Sequence record: MW812341.1
DNA: 64,000 bases
Reading direction: 5' to 3' (one strand)
Shown here piece by piece: positions 1 through 10,275 of this stretch; positions within the stretch are counted from its first letter, which is position 1, and each line of letters begins with the position of its first letter. The notes beneath the pieces were generated by a model. The model saw only the letters and a list, made by a program, of their open reading frames with translations, ran no database searches and was not told where the DNA came from. A program made the position numbers and the translations under genes.

Positions 1-22
1 TCACTGGTTAAATGATAAAGAC

Positions 23-59
23 CTCTACACTCCTTCGGGAGTGTAGAGTTATCTTTTTT
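23..59. terminator. Intrinsic terminator, probably bidirectional
   Basis: Stem CTCTACACTCC-TTCG-GGAGTGTAGAG, T-run on + strand at 53-59; lies just past the stop of 61..966. Confidence 0.8.
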
Positions 60-60
60 C

Positions 61-966
61 TTACGGTATCAATTCCAATACAACCATCCAGTTAATTGAA
101 CCAGTCTTCACTGCACTGGCTAATGTTTCTGGTGCTGTGTTAGAGACCGTGGCAAGTTTAGTGGTGTCCGCCATGTGCGCACTGCCCGTACCATTAATCG
201 ATGCCGCGTCCGATAAACGTGGTTGGATAGTAGCATCAGTCAACGCAGTAGGGTCTACACGCAGTCGGGCGTAAGTACCTTTCCATTCACTGTCGTTAAA
301 GTCAGCAGCGTCCGTAAGGTATTGCGTAAACGGTTTATCACTTAGGCGGATGGCGCGAGCAATATAGCGTTGTCCGCTCACTTCGATAATTGTCAACTGG
401 TTAACATTACCTGCATCACCCGTTGGAGTTTTACCGAAGTCATTTGTCCCGTAGATAAACCCTGCGTTGTAACCATTCTGCCAGTTTGAACTGGTGATAA
501 GCTGGCGGTTAGGAATGATTAAAATCTTCCCTTTGTACACAAACTTATACCAGATGTCCGTGGTGTTTACAGCCAGCGTGATACCAACAACACTTTTCAG
601 CTGTGCTTTAATCTTGTCGGTTATATCAGTTACGGTTGCCCATTCGGTTGGGGCAATCTCCCCAAAGTAACCACGCAGCCAATCACCACGTATAACCTTA
701 GACGGTCCTGGCCCCAAGTTAGAGTAATACCCTTGGGTCTGGTTTGCAGCGAAGGAACGATTGGAACCCTTCACAACCGCGACACTGTAGTAGTAGGTAT
801 TACCGACACGAACGTTGGTGTCTTCCCACGCAACAGCATCACCAGAAAGCGTAGCCACAGGCGTTCCTGGACTATTCGGGTCGATGGGTTTGTCACTCCG
901 ATAAATCTCGACGGAATCCAGATGTTGGTCAGTCTGGCTGTCCCATTTTAATTTAATCCCCATCAC
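61..966 (-). CDS. Virion/tail protein, cassette gene A1 (FN3-like N-domain + GPGP/GYFG domain)
   Basis: IKLKW..VEIYR..PGTPVATL..YYY then GPGP..GDW..GYFG..WYKF..GKILIIP; paralog of 3495 and 6893. Confidence 0.75.
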   Translation of the reverse strand: MMGIKLKWDSQTDQHLDSVEIYRSDKPIDPNSPGTPVATLSGDAVAWEDTNVRVGNTYYYSVAVVKGSNRSFAANQTQGYYSNLGPGPSKVIRGDWLRGYFGEIAPTEWATVTDITDKIKAQLKSVVGITLAVNTTDIWYKFVYKGKILIIPNRQLITSSNWQNGYNAGFIYGTNDFGKTPTGDAGNVNQLTIIEVSGQRYIARAIRLSDKPFTQYLTDAADFNDSEWKGTYARLRVDPTALTDATIQPRLSDAASINGTGSAHMADTTKLATVSNTAPETLASAVKTGSINWMVVLELIP

Positions 967-1943
967 TTGCCTCCCAGTTTAACTTCGCTAACACGTCCGA
1001 TGTATTCGATTACTGGCCACCAACATGAGCTTAACGTGCGTGCACGTACAATGGCGGATTCTATTGATGCCCTCACATGCGCTGCGTAGTTGTACGTACC
1101 GTAGCCACGGTGTAATACGTTGGCAGCACTCGGCACTTCCTGGGTAATGACGCCCTGCGTTTGTCGTCCGGCGTATTGGGTAGACGGAATGATGTTTGTT
1201 GGGTTGACAGATTCAACCGTGACCATTCTTTTACGAAGTGGGGCAAGATCAATCAACGGATACAGTAAATCTTCGTATTCCGAATAAATGCCCTGTGCCT
1301 CTGGTGCCACGTTCAAATCAATATTGCCGCCATTCCAAACCATTCCATCCGGAATACCTTTCGCTAAACGAATCAGGAATAAGTCTCCATTCAACTCGAA
1401 AGTGGTCAGCTGGTTAACGTTACCCGGAGAATTAACACCACCCATGTCGTCGGTGCCATATACCGCACCTGCGGTGTAAAGAGATGTCCAGGTCACGTCG
1501 TTAAAATAAATCCCCGGCACGAACAGGACTTTCCCATTACGGATAAATTTATACCACGTAGGATAGAACGGCCCAGTTGGAATACCAGAGGTGTTTTTTA
1601 ACGCACCTAAGATAGTTGAGCTGTTAACGAAGTCAGCTGACGGAAGAGAACCAAAGTAACCGTATGATTCGGTACCTTGTTTCAGCAGGTTCGGCCCTGG
1701 CCCTTTACGGTCGTTGACCTCGATTTTCTGAGGTTGGCTTACCACACGGTCGTTCTGCGTGTTAACCGCCCAAACGTAGTAATACGTTTTACCGAACAGT
1801 GCGGTGCTGTCCACCCATTCCAGCTCACCCCCGGTGAGTTTGACTAAGGGTGTGGTCAAATCCACAGTCGGTGTGTCGCCGCGATAGATCTCGACAGACG
1901 TCGCCCCTTTGTTGGGATTCTTCCATTTAAGTTTTAAGGCCAT
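963..1943 (-). CDS. Virion/tail protein, cassette gene B1 (FN3-like + GPGP/GYFG domain)
   Basis: MALKLKWKNPN..VEIYR..YYY; GPGP..GYFG..WYKF..GKVL..AGAVYGTDD; paralog of 4404 and 7843. Confidence 0.75.
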   Translation of the reverse strand: MALKLKWKNPNKGATSVEIYRGDTPTVDLTTPLVKLTGGELEWVDSTALFGKTYYYVWAVNTQNDRVVSQPQKIEVNDRKGPGPNLLKQGTESYGYFGSLPSADFVNSSTILGALKNTSGIPTGPFYPTWYKFIRNGKVLFVPGIYFNDVTWTSLYTAGAVYGTDDMGGVNSPGNVNQLTTFELNGDLFLIRLAKGIPDGMVWNGGNIDLNVAPEAQGIYSEYEDLLYPLIDLAPLRKRMVTVESVNPTNIIPSTQYAGRQTQGVITQEVPSAANVLHRGYGTYNYAAHVRASIESAIVRARTLSSCWWPVIEYIGRVSEVKLGGK

Positions 1944-1955
1944 GAGTAAGTCCTC

Positions 1956-3482
1956 TTATTTAAAGCCGTTGAGTTCCCCGTTGGCGGTGGATAAATTAAC
2001 CACCACCACTTCCTTGTAATCAGATGTAACCTGAACGACAGGAACTCGTAATATTGTATCCCAGGCCGCTTGTGCTACGTTCAACGGAGGCTCGGATTTT
2101 ATCCGTAGAAGCGGTATCTCTACCTCAGCCGCCCGAACCCAACTAACGTTAGCAACGTTAAACGGCGTATCTGTATCGCAGGAGAATAGGGGTTTAGTGA
2201 GCGCCCCTAAAGTTTCCCAAGCGATATCTGATACAATCAGTAATACTTCGCCTGTGTCTGGGCTGATGGTGAACAGTGGCTTACGTAAAACACCATCTGG
2301 CTCACCAATAAAGTTCTCTAACGGTACGGCGATTTTATCTAAGTCGGCCAGCTCCAGCATTGGTCGCCAACCGCCATTAAATGACGCCTTATCGTACATG
2401 CCCTGGTTGAGTCCGGTCATACTGCTACCGAACGCTTTCGTTGGGTCTTTCAGAGAAGTGGTCGAGAACCAGAACCCATTCCCATCGATGGTTTGCCCAT
2501 CCCATTCACCTGTTGCAAATCCACCACTTACCACAATCTTGGCAAACAGCCTTGCAACGTCACCGGTAGGGTCTGGCGTTTGGTTAATCGCCAGATAGTC
2601 CCACGGGTTTGATTCAGATAACCGTGGCATACACGGTGAGAGATACCAGTCACGTCCGTTTTCTACTTTGCGGATAACGGGACGTTGTGCCACGAGCACG
2701 CCATTAGCTGGGAACTGGAAGTCTTCATGGGTATCAGTCTCATAGACCGCTCCACGCACATACAGCTCTTGCCATCTGATGGTAATCTGGTTGTAGTTGG
2801 CGAGATACAGAATTTTTCCATCTCGAGCGAACTTATACCAGTATCGATTTGTCGGGAATGTTGCTAAGGTTCCCGCTGGGGTTGTTTGACCCTCATTAAT
2901 TCTCGACAGGAGCGCGGGTGCGCCAAATAATTCTGTTTCACTTACTAATCCAAAGTAACCTTCATTCAGGTCACCGATTAACAACACCTTAGTCCCTGGC
3001 CCTGACTCTGGGTAAGTCCCAACCGGTGTACGTGTCCAAGTGACCTGTAGAGAGCCTGTAAACGCCAGAGACGTTGCGGCAATATTCAGGGTAACTTGGG
3101 TCGGCGTATAACCGTAAGGGAGCTTGGTGGTGCCATTGCTCAAATCATCGGGCATAAGGTGCAGCCCATATTGGGCATTTAAAGACGGCAGCAAATCAGC
3201 ATAGGTTTTGGAAGACCCTTTTGCATCGAACACTACCGTGATGCCGTTAAACAGTGTCCCGAGATTTATTCGGTCGTAAAAGAACTGTTTCTTCCCGACG
3301 AATCCGGCCCCAGTGAAACCGTTTAAAGTAACGCGGGTATTACGCCCGCTGCTACCTAAACCGTTTGTACTAGGAGCAACGAGCACAATGACTGTGCTCG
3401 CGCTTAATCCTACCGTGCCGGGATTGTCCCGCATGACCTGCTGGCACAACAAATTCAGCGAGGAACTGTCGTACAACCCCAT
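1956..3482 (-). CDS. Virion/tail protein, cassette gene C1 (anchor-like N-domain + GPGP/GYFG domain, C-terminal GELNGF)
   Basis: LLCQQVMRDNP..YDRINL..F; YPESGPG..GYFG; ends NGELNGFK; paralog of 5407 and 8857. Confidence 0.75.
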   Translation of the reverse strand: MGLYDSSSLNLLCQQVMRDNPGTVGLSASTVIVLVAPSTNGLGSSGRNTRVTLNGFTGAGFVGKKQFFYDRINLGTLFNGITVVFDAKGSSKTYADLLPSLNAQYGLHLMPDDLSNGTTKLPYGYTPTQVTLNIAATSLAFTGSLQVTWTRTPVGTYPESGPGTKVLLIGDLNEGYFGLVSETELFGAPALLSRINEGQTTPAGTLATFPTNRYWYKFARDGKILYLANYNQITIRWQELYVRGAVYETDTHEDFQFPANGVLVAQRPVIRKVENGRDWYLSPCMPRLSESNPWDYLAINQTPDPTGDVARLFAKIVVSGGFATGEWDGQTIDGNGFWFSTTSLKDPTKAFGSSMTGLNQGMYDKASFNGGWRPMLELADLDKIAVPLENFIGEPDGVLRKPLFTISPDTGEVLLIVSDIAWETLGALTKPLFSCDTDTPFNVANVSWVRAAEVEIPLLRIKSEPPLNVAQAAWDTILRVPVVQVTSDYKEVVVVNLSTANGELNGFK

Positions 3483-3494
3483 GGTATTCTCCTT

Positions 3495-4400
3495 TTAGTT
3501 GAGCACCAACTCTAGCACCATGTACGTGTATGCCCCATTGGTGTTGCTGAGATTAGAGATACTCTCCGGCGAGTTGGCTGCGTTTAAATACACTGCGGAG
3601 TTAGTCCACATGTTCGCGAACATAGTTGAACCTCCGGTGTTATACGAACCAGTACCAGGCATATCACGATCGTCGTACTTCTGCTGGGTCCCGTTATAAC
3701 GCCATACACGACACATGGTGTTGAACCATTCGCCATCAGCGGTATATTGGGGATAACTGCTGGACGCTTGGCCGGGTGCATCGTAATCGAACAGATACGG
3801 TAAACGAACAACGTATTCGTAGCCGCTCTTGGTTACGGTCTTTCTCTGTGCTGTCTGACCCGCACCACTGGGTATCACTTTACCGTTATCCGGCGTACCC
3901 CAAGCAAAACCGTTCTGGTAAAAGAAGTTGTAAGACTGGCTGACGTTGGTGTTTGCATCGGGAATGAATAGAATGCGGTTTTTGTACACAAATTTGTGGA
4001 ACAAAGCCGGACTCTGGTTCCAGAGAGTTAAACCAGTCAAGGCATTCATTTCAGCAGCGTTGACAATGAAGTCTTTGGCATCGATGGTACCGAAGTATCC
4101 ACAGAACCAATCCCCGCGAATGATTTTTTGGGGACCTGGGCCAGTGTGTGGGAAATACCCCTGTATCACCGGGAACCCGAAGACCTTGTCCGTACCCTTC
4201 ACAGACACAATACGGTATTGATACGTTTTGTAGTTCTCTACCGTGTTGTCTTCGTAAGTGGTCGCCGTGCCTGGCAATACTGCCAGGGGAGTCCCAGGGT
4301 TATTCGGGTTGATGGTACCGCGTGGATTACTGATGCGGTAAATCTCAATCGAGTCCAGGGTTTGGTTTGCTTTCTGTTTCCACGTCAAAGTAATCGGCAT
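3495..4400 (-). CDS. Virion/tail protein, cassette gene A2
   Basis: MPITLTW..IEIYR..NPGTP; GPGP..GDWFCGYFG. Confidence 0.75.
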   Translation of the reverse strand: MPITLTWKQKANQTLDSIEIYRISNPRGTINPNNPGTPLAVLPGTATTYEDNTVENYKTYQYRIVSVKGTDKVFGFPVIQGYFPHTGPGPQKIIRGDWFCGYFGTIDAKDFIVNAAEMNALTGLTLWNQSPALFHKFVYKNRILFIPDANTNVSQSYNFFYQNGFAWGTPDNGKVIPSGAGQTAQRKTVTKSGYEYVVRLPYLFDYDAPGQASSSYPQYTADGEWFNTMCRVWRYNGTQQKYDDRDMPGTGSYNTGGSTMFANMWTNSAVYLNAANSPESISNLSNTNGAYTYMVLELVLN

Positions 4401-4403
4401 GAT

Positions 4404-5396
4404 TTACTCCATAAGCTCGATGACTGGGGCGAAGTAGCCGTTCGCTACCGCAGGGTCAGCGAGCGTGATTAGCTCCAAATCGTTCATTGTGGAATTTGAG
4501 GTGGCGATAGAGCGACCACGCATCACCACTTTCCCCGAGGTGGGGTCACGTTCCTGGCACAAGAAACCAGCACCCACTAACGACGCATTGGCTGGGAAAA
4601 TGGAGTAGGTCGGGGTATTAGTCCAGTTCGGAACCAGTTGCTTATCGGGCACCCATTCACAGAACGGATAAACAAGGTCATTGTACTCACAGCGACCGTA
4701 CGATGTCGCATCATGCATCTGCCCGTTAATAGCATCCGGCAGAGTCATGACGGTAGATTCACCCACGAAGGTTAAACCGCGCATTAAGCGCATGCGATAC
4801 GTGTCGCCCTGCCAGTCAAATAAACCACCCTGGTCTACCGCCGCTAAAGCCCCACGGCCGTTAGCAGGCCCCGGTCCATCTACACCGTAAACTAACCCAG
4901 CGTTATAAATGTCGTTCCACGAGTTCTTAACGTTCTGAATACGCCCAATGGTGTTAAGCAGATATAACACACGCCCACCTGAGAAGAACTTGTAGTGCGA
5001 CAGGAGAACGTCACCATTCAAACCGGTTAGAGAACGGAAACCAGCCGGGAATGAGTTGTACGTGAAACGTTCCGCCGGGTCAGTAACCAGACCCAGGTTA
5101 GCGCTATCGTCCGTATCACTAAGATACACTTGGTCTACACCACCCACACCACGACGGTTCTTAATCGTGATTTGTTTCTGTGGCCCCACAACGGTACGAC
5201 CCGTTACAGTGACAGAGAGTAGATAGAAATAAGTGGTATTGAGAATAACAGTGGTGTCCGTCCAGGAATTCTCACCATTCGACAGTGTCGCAATGGGCGC
5301 TGGTAACGCGGTGGGTACAAGCGCTTTGGTATCCCGGTAAACATTGACCACAGAACCTGCTGGGTTTTGGTTATTCCAGCGTAGGGTAAAGGCCAT
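4404..5396 (-). CDS. Virion/tail protein, cassette gene B2
   Basis: MAFTLRWNNQN..VNVYRDTK; hinge degenerate (GVGG); AGLVYGVDG, CEYNDL shared with B3. Confidence 0.75.
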   Translation of the reverse strand: MAFTLRWNNQNPAGSVVNVYRDTKALVPTALPAPIATLSNGENSWTDTTVILNTTYFYLLSVTVTGRTVVGPQKQITIKNRRGVGGVDQVYLSDTDDSANLGLVTDPAERFTYNSFPAGFRSLTGLNGDVLLSHYKFFSGGRVLYLLNTIGRIQNVKNSWNDIYNAGLVYGVDGPGPANGRGALAAVDQGGLFDWQGDTYRMRLMRGLTFVGESTVMTLPDAINGQMHDATSYGRCEYNDLVYPFCEWVPDKQLVPNWTNTPTYSIFPANASLVGAGFLCQERDPTSGKVVMRGRSIATSNSTMNDLELITLADPAVANGYFAPVIELME

Positions 5397-5406
5397 AACT
5401 TACTCC

Positions 5407-6882
5407 TCAAAGAAAGCCATTCAACTCACCATTGCACGAGGACAAGGTAGTTTTAGAAGATTTGTCGCTTTGGTCACTCTTCGCTACTAACGGCCTTGGG
5501 CCAGTGTAGTGTGGCGAATCGATCCCTATCGGTCGAACACCTGAACCCCCGTCAGCACTGCCTACCATCGGTTTAACGAGGTCAACGTGCGGTGCATCGA
5601 TCCCTATTGGAATCACGGTCAGGTCATTGTTGCTCGTGCCCAGTACCATCGGGAACGGAATCGCTTCGGTCGCAATCTCCACGATGTAGACTGGAACAAT
5701 CGGCTTATCAGTTACGACAGATGTGACAACAGGCCACGTCGCGGCATTCGTGACTTCGGTTGTGACGTCAGCCAACGGCATTACCATACCCGATGGGTCA
5801 ATGAGTTCAACCACTGGCCACCAGTCAGCACCGGTGAAGTCAGGAATCCACGAACTGTAGCCGCCATCGATGGCCATACGCAGACTCAATGTTCCGGTGT
5901 CGTGCTCTTGCATGTGCACATAGTCACTGAACACCAACCCGGACTCTTGACCCCAGCCACCAGATGCTACGTTCTTGTTAATTCGTGAAGCCAGTTTTAA
6001 AGCAGAGGCATCATCCCAGTTCCCTACCAGATTCAACGATGCGTTAAACCACGGGCAGCGTAACTGGAAGTAACGGGCTTTACCTTCGAACGATTTCGCC
6101 ATGTACAGCAATTGGTTAACGGGTGTGGTAGCGCCCGGAACTTTACCGGGGCCATCTGTACCGAACACCGCACCGTATTTGTACAGGTTTTGCCAGGACG
6201 TATTGCCTATCCCACGGGACGGGAGATACGTGACCTTGCCATTCATGAAGAACTTCAACCAAGTAAAGGTGTTGTCGAACGTAGGGCCAGCATTTGGCGA
6301 TAAGCCGTTCCACATCTCGTACCCGGTAAAGAAATCCTTTTGCGTAACTTTACCGAAGTAACCGAAGACATTGTCTCCCGCCAACAACTGTTTCGGGCCA
6401 GGGCCACTGTCGGGATAATTCCCATACGGTGCACTGGTGTAGGATACAGTCACACGTCCCGTATAGCACAAGGCCGTGTTGTTAACGTTTAATGCTACGG
6501 TCTGTACACCAACCCCACGCGGTAACACAGCATCAGCCGATGCAACATCAGCACGGTCAATGTTCACCCCATAGATTTCGTTAATGGTTGGCAGTATATC
6601 ACCCAACGTTTTCATTTCAGGTGTCAGCACAATCGTCAGCGACATCCCGGCAAATAACGTCGGGATTGAGAGGCGATCGTAAGAGACCACCAACTCACCG
6701 ATGAATCCTTTCCCCGGTTTCCCTATCAACGTAACCTGCGAATTACGCCCATTGATATTTCGGAAGACCGGACTCCCATTCACCGCAATGGCGTCTGGGG
6801 TAATCTGGCCTGCCAAATTAGGGTTGTCTCGCACGACTTGCTGACAGAGTTGCTGCATCGCAGACTCTGTATACAAACTCAT
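5407..6882 (-). CDS. Virion/tail protein, cassette gene C2
   Basis: LCQQVVRDNP..YDRLSI..F; YPDSGPGP..GYFG; ends NGELNGFL. Confidence 0.75.
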   Translation of the reverse strand: MSLYTESAMQQLCQQVVRDNPNLAGQITPDAIAVNGSPVFRNINGRNSQVTLIGKPGKGFIGELVVSYDRLSIPTLFAGMSLTIVLTPEMKTLGDILPTINEIYGVNIDRADVASADAVLPRGVGVQTVALNVNNTALCYTGRVTVSYTSAPYGNYPDSGPGPKQLLAGDNVFGYFGKVTQKDFFTGYEMWNGLSPNAGPTFDNTFTWLKFFMNGKVTYLPSRGIGNTSWQNLYKYGAVFGTDGPGKVPGATTPVNQLLYMAKSFEGKARYFQLRCPWFNASLNLVGNWDDASALKLASRINKNVASGGWGQESGLVFSDYVHMQEHDTGTLSLRMAIDGGYSSWIPDFTGADWWPVVELIDPSGMVMPLADVTTEVTNAATWPVVTSVVTDKPIVPVYIVEIATEAIPFPMVLGTSNNDLTVIPIGIDAPHVDLVKPMVGSADGGSGVRPIGIDSPHYTGPRPLVAKSDQSDKSSKTTLSSCNGELNGFL

Positions 6883-6892
6883 TACGTTCCCC

Positions 6893-7831
6893 TTATGGAA
6901 GAATCAACTCCAACGCTAAGAAATAACCCACGTTTGAATTCAAGGAGTTGGATGTCTGAATCGTGACCGGGTTGTAGGAGTAGTTATAGAAGAGCGTCGA
7001 TGTGGCGTACAACGGTACCATCGCGGTAGTCCCTGCGTCGGTCGTATTGCTGTTGGTGCCGAGTACCTGTAAACCGTCTAACTTACCTTGCCCACGACCC
7101 TGCTTATCAATAGTTTCGGTGTAGTTGTAACCCGTAAGGTACAAACGCGCCATGGTATTACGCCATTCACCTTCGTCATACGCCGAGTTACCGCCAGGCG
7201 AACCATACTCCGTCGCATAAGGCAAACGGATACGGTACTGACGACCTGCTTTCGCTACGCGGGCGTTCTGTGCGACCGCAGCTGACCCACTCGGGACAAC
7301 GATGCCGTTATCATCCGTTCCGTATGCCATACCACGGCCGTATATGACGAGATATGTCGTCGTTCCTGACTGTGTCGTCGGGAAGAAAACAATGCGTCCT
7401 TTATAGATGAATTTATGCCAACCCACTATGTTGTTTTGGAACAGAGCAGATTGGGCTGTGGTTAACTGTGCCTGAATTTCAGCACGGTTAAAGAAATCAT
7501 CCGGGGAAACAACACCGAAATAACCGCAATACCAGTCACCGCGAATAGGCACCTGTGGTCCTGGGCCAACATCGAGATAGAACGCTTGCACAATCTTGGC
7601 CCCGAAAACACGTTCCGTCCCTTTCACTGAGGCTACCCAGTACGAGTACATGGTTTTCTCAGTCAAGTTAGCAACGGGTTCAACGTATTCGGTTGCGGTA
7701 CCGGGTAATGTCGCTACTGGGGTGCCGGGGTTATTAACGTCGATGGTCGCGTCGTAACCCACCTTACGGTAAATCTCAAAGCCGGTTAGGGCTTTGCTGG
7801 CTTGAGACGGCCAGCTTAAACGAATAGTCAT
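6893..7831 (-). CDS. Virion/tail protein, cassette gene A3
   Basis: MTIRLSW..FEIYR..NPGTPVATL; GPGP..GDWYCGYFG. Confidence 0.75.
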   Translation of the reverse strand: MTIRLSWPSQASKALTGFEIYRKVGYDATIDVNNPGTPVATLPGTATEYVEPVANLTEKTMYSYWVASVKGTERVFGAKIVQAFYLDVGPGPQVPIRGDWYCGYFGVVSPDDFFNRAEIQAQLTTAQSALFQNNIVGWHKFIYKGRIVFFPTTQSGTTTYLVIYGRGMAYGTDDNGIVVPSGSAAVAQNARVAKAGRQYRIRLPYATEYGSPGGNSAYDEGEWRNTMARLYLTGYNYTETIDKQGRGQGKLDGLQVLGTNSNTTDAGTTAMVPLYATSTLFYNYSYNPVTIQTSNSLNSNVGYFLALELILP

Positions 7832-7842
7832 GTCCGCCTCTT

Positions 7843-8844
7843 TTATTCAACCAGTTCAAAGATAGGAATGTACCGACCAATTTGGCCAGGTGGTAGATAG
7901 ATGATTTTCTGGAACTGTCCCGGATAGACTGCTGCTGCTGTCGTATTGATACCACGGTGCAACACGCGGTCTTGGGCCGTATCGTGTTCCTGACACAAGA
8001 TACCTGCGTTCAGATACGGGTATGTTGTGGTGTTGTTTGGCAAACCACCTGCGGCAATAACCGAACCGGTAAGGACTTGATAGTTTGCCCAGCGTTGTTT
8101 AACCGGAAACTCATTAACCATCGCATATATCAGATCATTGTATTCGCAGTAATCCGTTAAGGCTGAAACCGCATCGTGGTCTTTTCCAGCGTAGGCGTCA
8201 TTAAACGCCAATGCCGGGACGTCACTGTCTTTCGTTAATCCACGCGGTAAACGGATGCGGTAGGTGTCATTAAGATGAATCATCTTCGCATCTTGCTTGG
8301 TATCCACCAAACTGCCGTGACCGCCAGTTGGACCAAAATCATCCGTGCCGTAAACCAACCCCGACTGATACAATGCGCTCCAACTCACCGACCCTAGGAA
8401 TACGTTCGGGAGAACGGTATAAAGAACTTTACCGTTACGAATGAACTTGTACAGGGGAATACGGTCAGGGAATACTGACGGGAACATCGCCTGGAAAGCC
8501 GCAGGCATCTGCGAGAATAACGGCTGCTCCGCATAGGGCACAGGTCCCAGATAACCTAAGCGGTCATCGCCCTGAATAAAGGCCATTGGCCCCACGCCAC
8601 GTTTCACCGCAACGGTGTACTGCTGGTTGGCGCTGGCAATCGTTTTACCGTTCGCAGTAACAGTCAAAAGGTAGAAGTACGTCTGTCCTGCAACAGCTGT
8701 GGTATCACGGTAAGAGGTTTCACCGTTAGACAATGTCGCCAACGGTGCAGGTAAAGCGGTTACTGAAATGGTCTTCGTGTCACGGTACACATTGACTACC
8801 GTGGCGGCGGTGTTGGGGTTTGTCCACCGTAATGTAAATGACAT
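7843..8844 (-). CDS. Virion/tail protein, cassette gene B3
   Basis: MSFTLRWTNPN..VNVYRDTK; GVGP..GYLG..SGLVYGTDD. Confidence 0.75.
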   Translation of the reverse strand: MSFTLRWTNPNTAATVVNVYRDTKTISVTALPAPLATLSNGETSYRDTTAVAGQTYFYLLTVTANGKTIASANQQYTVAVKRGVGPMAFIQGDDRLGYLGPVPYAEQPLFSQMPAAFQAMFPSVFPDRIPLYKFIRNGKVLYTVLPNVFLGSVSWSALYQSGLVYGTDDFGPTGGHGSLVDTKQDAKMIHLNDTYRIRLPRGLTKDSDVPALAFNDAYAGKDHDAVSALTDYCEYNDLIYAMVNEFPVKQRWANYQVLTGSVIAAGGLPNNTTTYPYLNAGILCQEHDTAQDRVLHRGINTTAAAVYPGQFQKIIYLPPGQIGRYIPIFELVE

Positions 8845-8856
8845 GACGTCTTACCT

Positions 8857-10275
8857 CTATTTGAAACCGTTGAGTTCGCCATCCGAGCTAGAAAGGTTTG
8901 TACCATCGGGCGGGGTATACAACTCGGTCTTCGTTGGCGCTGGTGTATAATCCAACGTTTTCGGTAGACCCAGCGAAACCGGCGCGAGGGCAAACTGGTT
9001 TTCAGTACGTGCCGGTGCAGGCGTGATGTCCACCGTACCCGGTAAACCGAATATTACAGGTGCTAATTGCATCTGATTTTCAGGGCGGATTGGCGGTGGG
9101 GTAATCGTGTAGTCCATGCGTCCTACGATATCCTGCAACGCAATCGTGTTGGAAGACGTATCAACCAACTCAACAATCGGCCACCAGTACCATGATGTAC
9201 TTTGGCTAGTCTTCCCGACGATAGACGCTGTACCCGCAGCTAACGTACCGTAACGACAGTTCGCGGTTGATGTGGCTGAGTTCTGATAAAGAATGTTCGC
9301 CGCTGTCCACTCGCTGTTGTTGTTACTTTCCCACGTACCGTTCCTTACCTTCAGCAACATGTCTAACATACTGCCTGCTACGTTGGCAGGAACCAACGTC
9401 CCGTTTGGTGAAGGGTCTGGGTCTTGCAAACTGATAGTCGGTAAACGTATCCGCAGATAGAAACGTCCTTCAGATTTGGTCAACGTCATAATCTTCGATT
9501 GGTTTACAGGTGTACCCGCCGGGTATTTCCCCGTGTCGTCCGTACCGTAAACCAGTCCTGCCTGGTAAAGCATCTGCCAGCTTACATTGCTGCCGGTCGG
9601 GCTTACCGGGAAGTAAAACACAGTGCCCTGATAGAAGAACTTATACCAACCTTCAGTCCCGCCACTGTACGTGGTGTGCCCTGTCAGTTGCGATGCCGCG
9701 ACAAACTCTGCACGGGTGTATAGTTCTGCCGTAGTGACACGCCCGAAATAACCCATGGTGGTGTTACCCGCCAGCAGGTATTTTGGCCCTGGGCCAGAAT
9801 TCGGATAATAACCAATTTGTTCCGTCTGGTACGAAAAGTACAGCGCACCCGTAAACGCAGCACAGGCAGCCGTCACGGTAATCTGTGCGTCTTGCTTCGT
9901 GGCATTCGGGTTGAGGGCTGTAGTCAGGTTAGTGACTTCGTCCGGACGGAGGTTGATTCCTAAAACGTCATTAATAATGGGTAAGGCATCAGCGATGCTT
10001 TTAATGTCTGACGAGAAATAGAGAACCGGTCGCAGTGAAGAACTCCAGAGACTACCCAGCAACACACGGTCATAGTTGAGCGTCAGGGTACCGATATAGC
10101 CAGAGCCAGGATACGCCGTAAACTTTACTTCGGTATTGCGTCCGTTTGTTGAACGGGCGACAGGTCCGGAGGTCAGCACCGTATTAGCTGGCGTCAACTT
10201 CACAGGCAGATTGGGGTTATCCCGATTCACCTGGTCGTAGACGAGCTGTAGCGCTTCCTTGGAATAGAATTGCAT
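8857..10275 (-). CDS. Virion/tail protein, cassette gene C3
   Basis: LVYDQVNRDNP..YDRVLL; YPNSGPGP..GYFG; ends DGELNGFK. Confidence 0.75.
   Translation of the reverse strand: MQFYSKEALQLVYDQVNRDNPNLPVKLTPANTVLTSGPVARSTNGRNTEVKFTAYPGSGYIGTLTLNYDRVLLGSLWSSSLRPVLYFSSDIKSIADALPIINDVLGINLRPDEVTNLTTALNPNATKQDAQITVTAACAAFTGALYFSYQTEQIGYYPNSGPGPKYLLAGNTTMGYFGRVTTAELYTRAEFVAASQLTGHTTYSGGTEGWYKFFYQGTVFYFPVSPTGSNVSWQMLYQAGLVYGTDDTGKYPAGTPVNQSKIMTLTKSEGRFYLRIRLPTISLQDPDPSPNGTLVPANVAGSMLDMLLKVRNGTWESNNNSEWTAANILYQNSATSTANCRYGTLAAGTASIVGKTSQSTSWYWWPIVELVDTSSNTIALQDIVGRMDYTITPPPIRPENQMQLAPVIFGLPGTVDITPAPARTENQFALAPVSLGLPKTLDYTPAPTKTELYTPPDGTNLSSSDGELNGFK

Noticed and set aside
61-10275. Stop-codon readthrough, frameshifting, invertase shufflon or DGR acting on the tail cassettes
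   Set aside because: Gaps between genes are not consistently in frame (one has a second in-frame stop); I saw no correctly phased slippery site, long identical or inverted DNA repeats, recombinase or reverse transcriptase.
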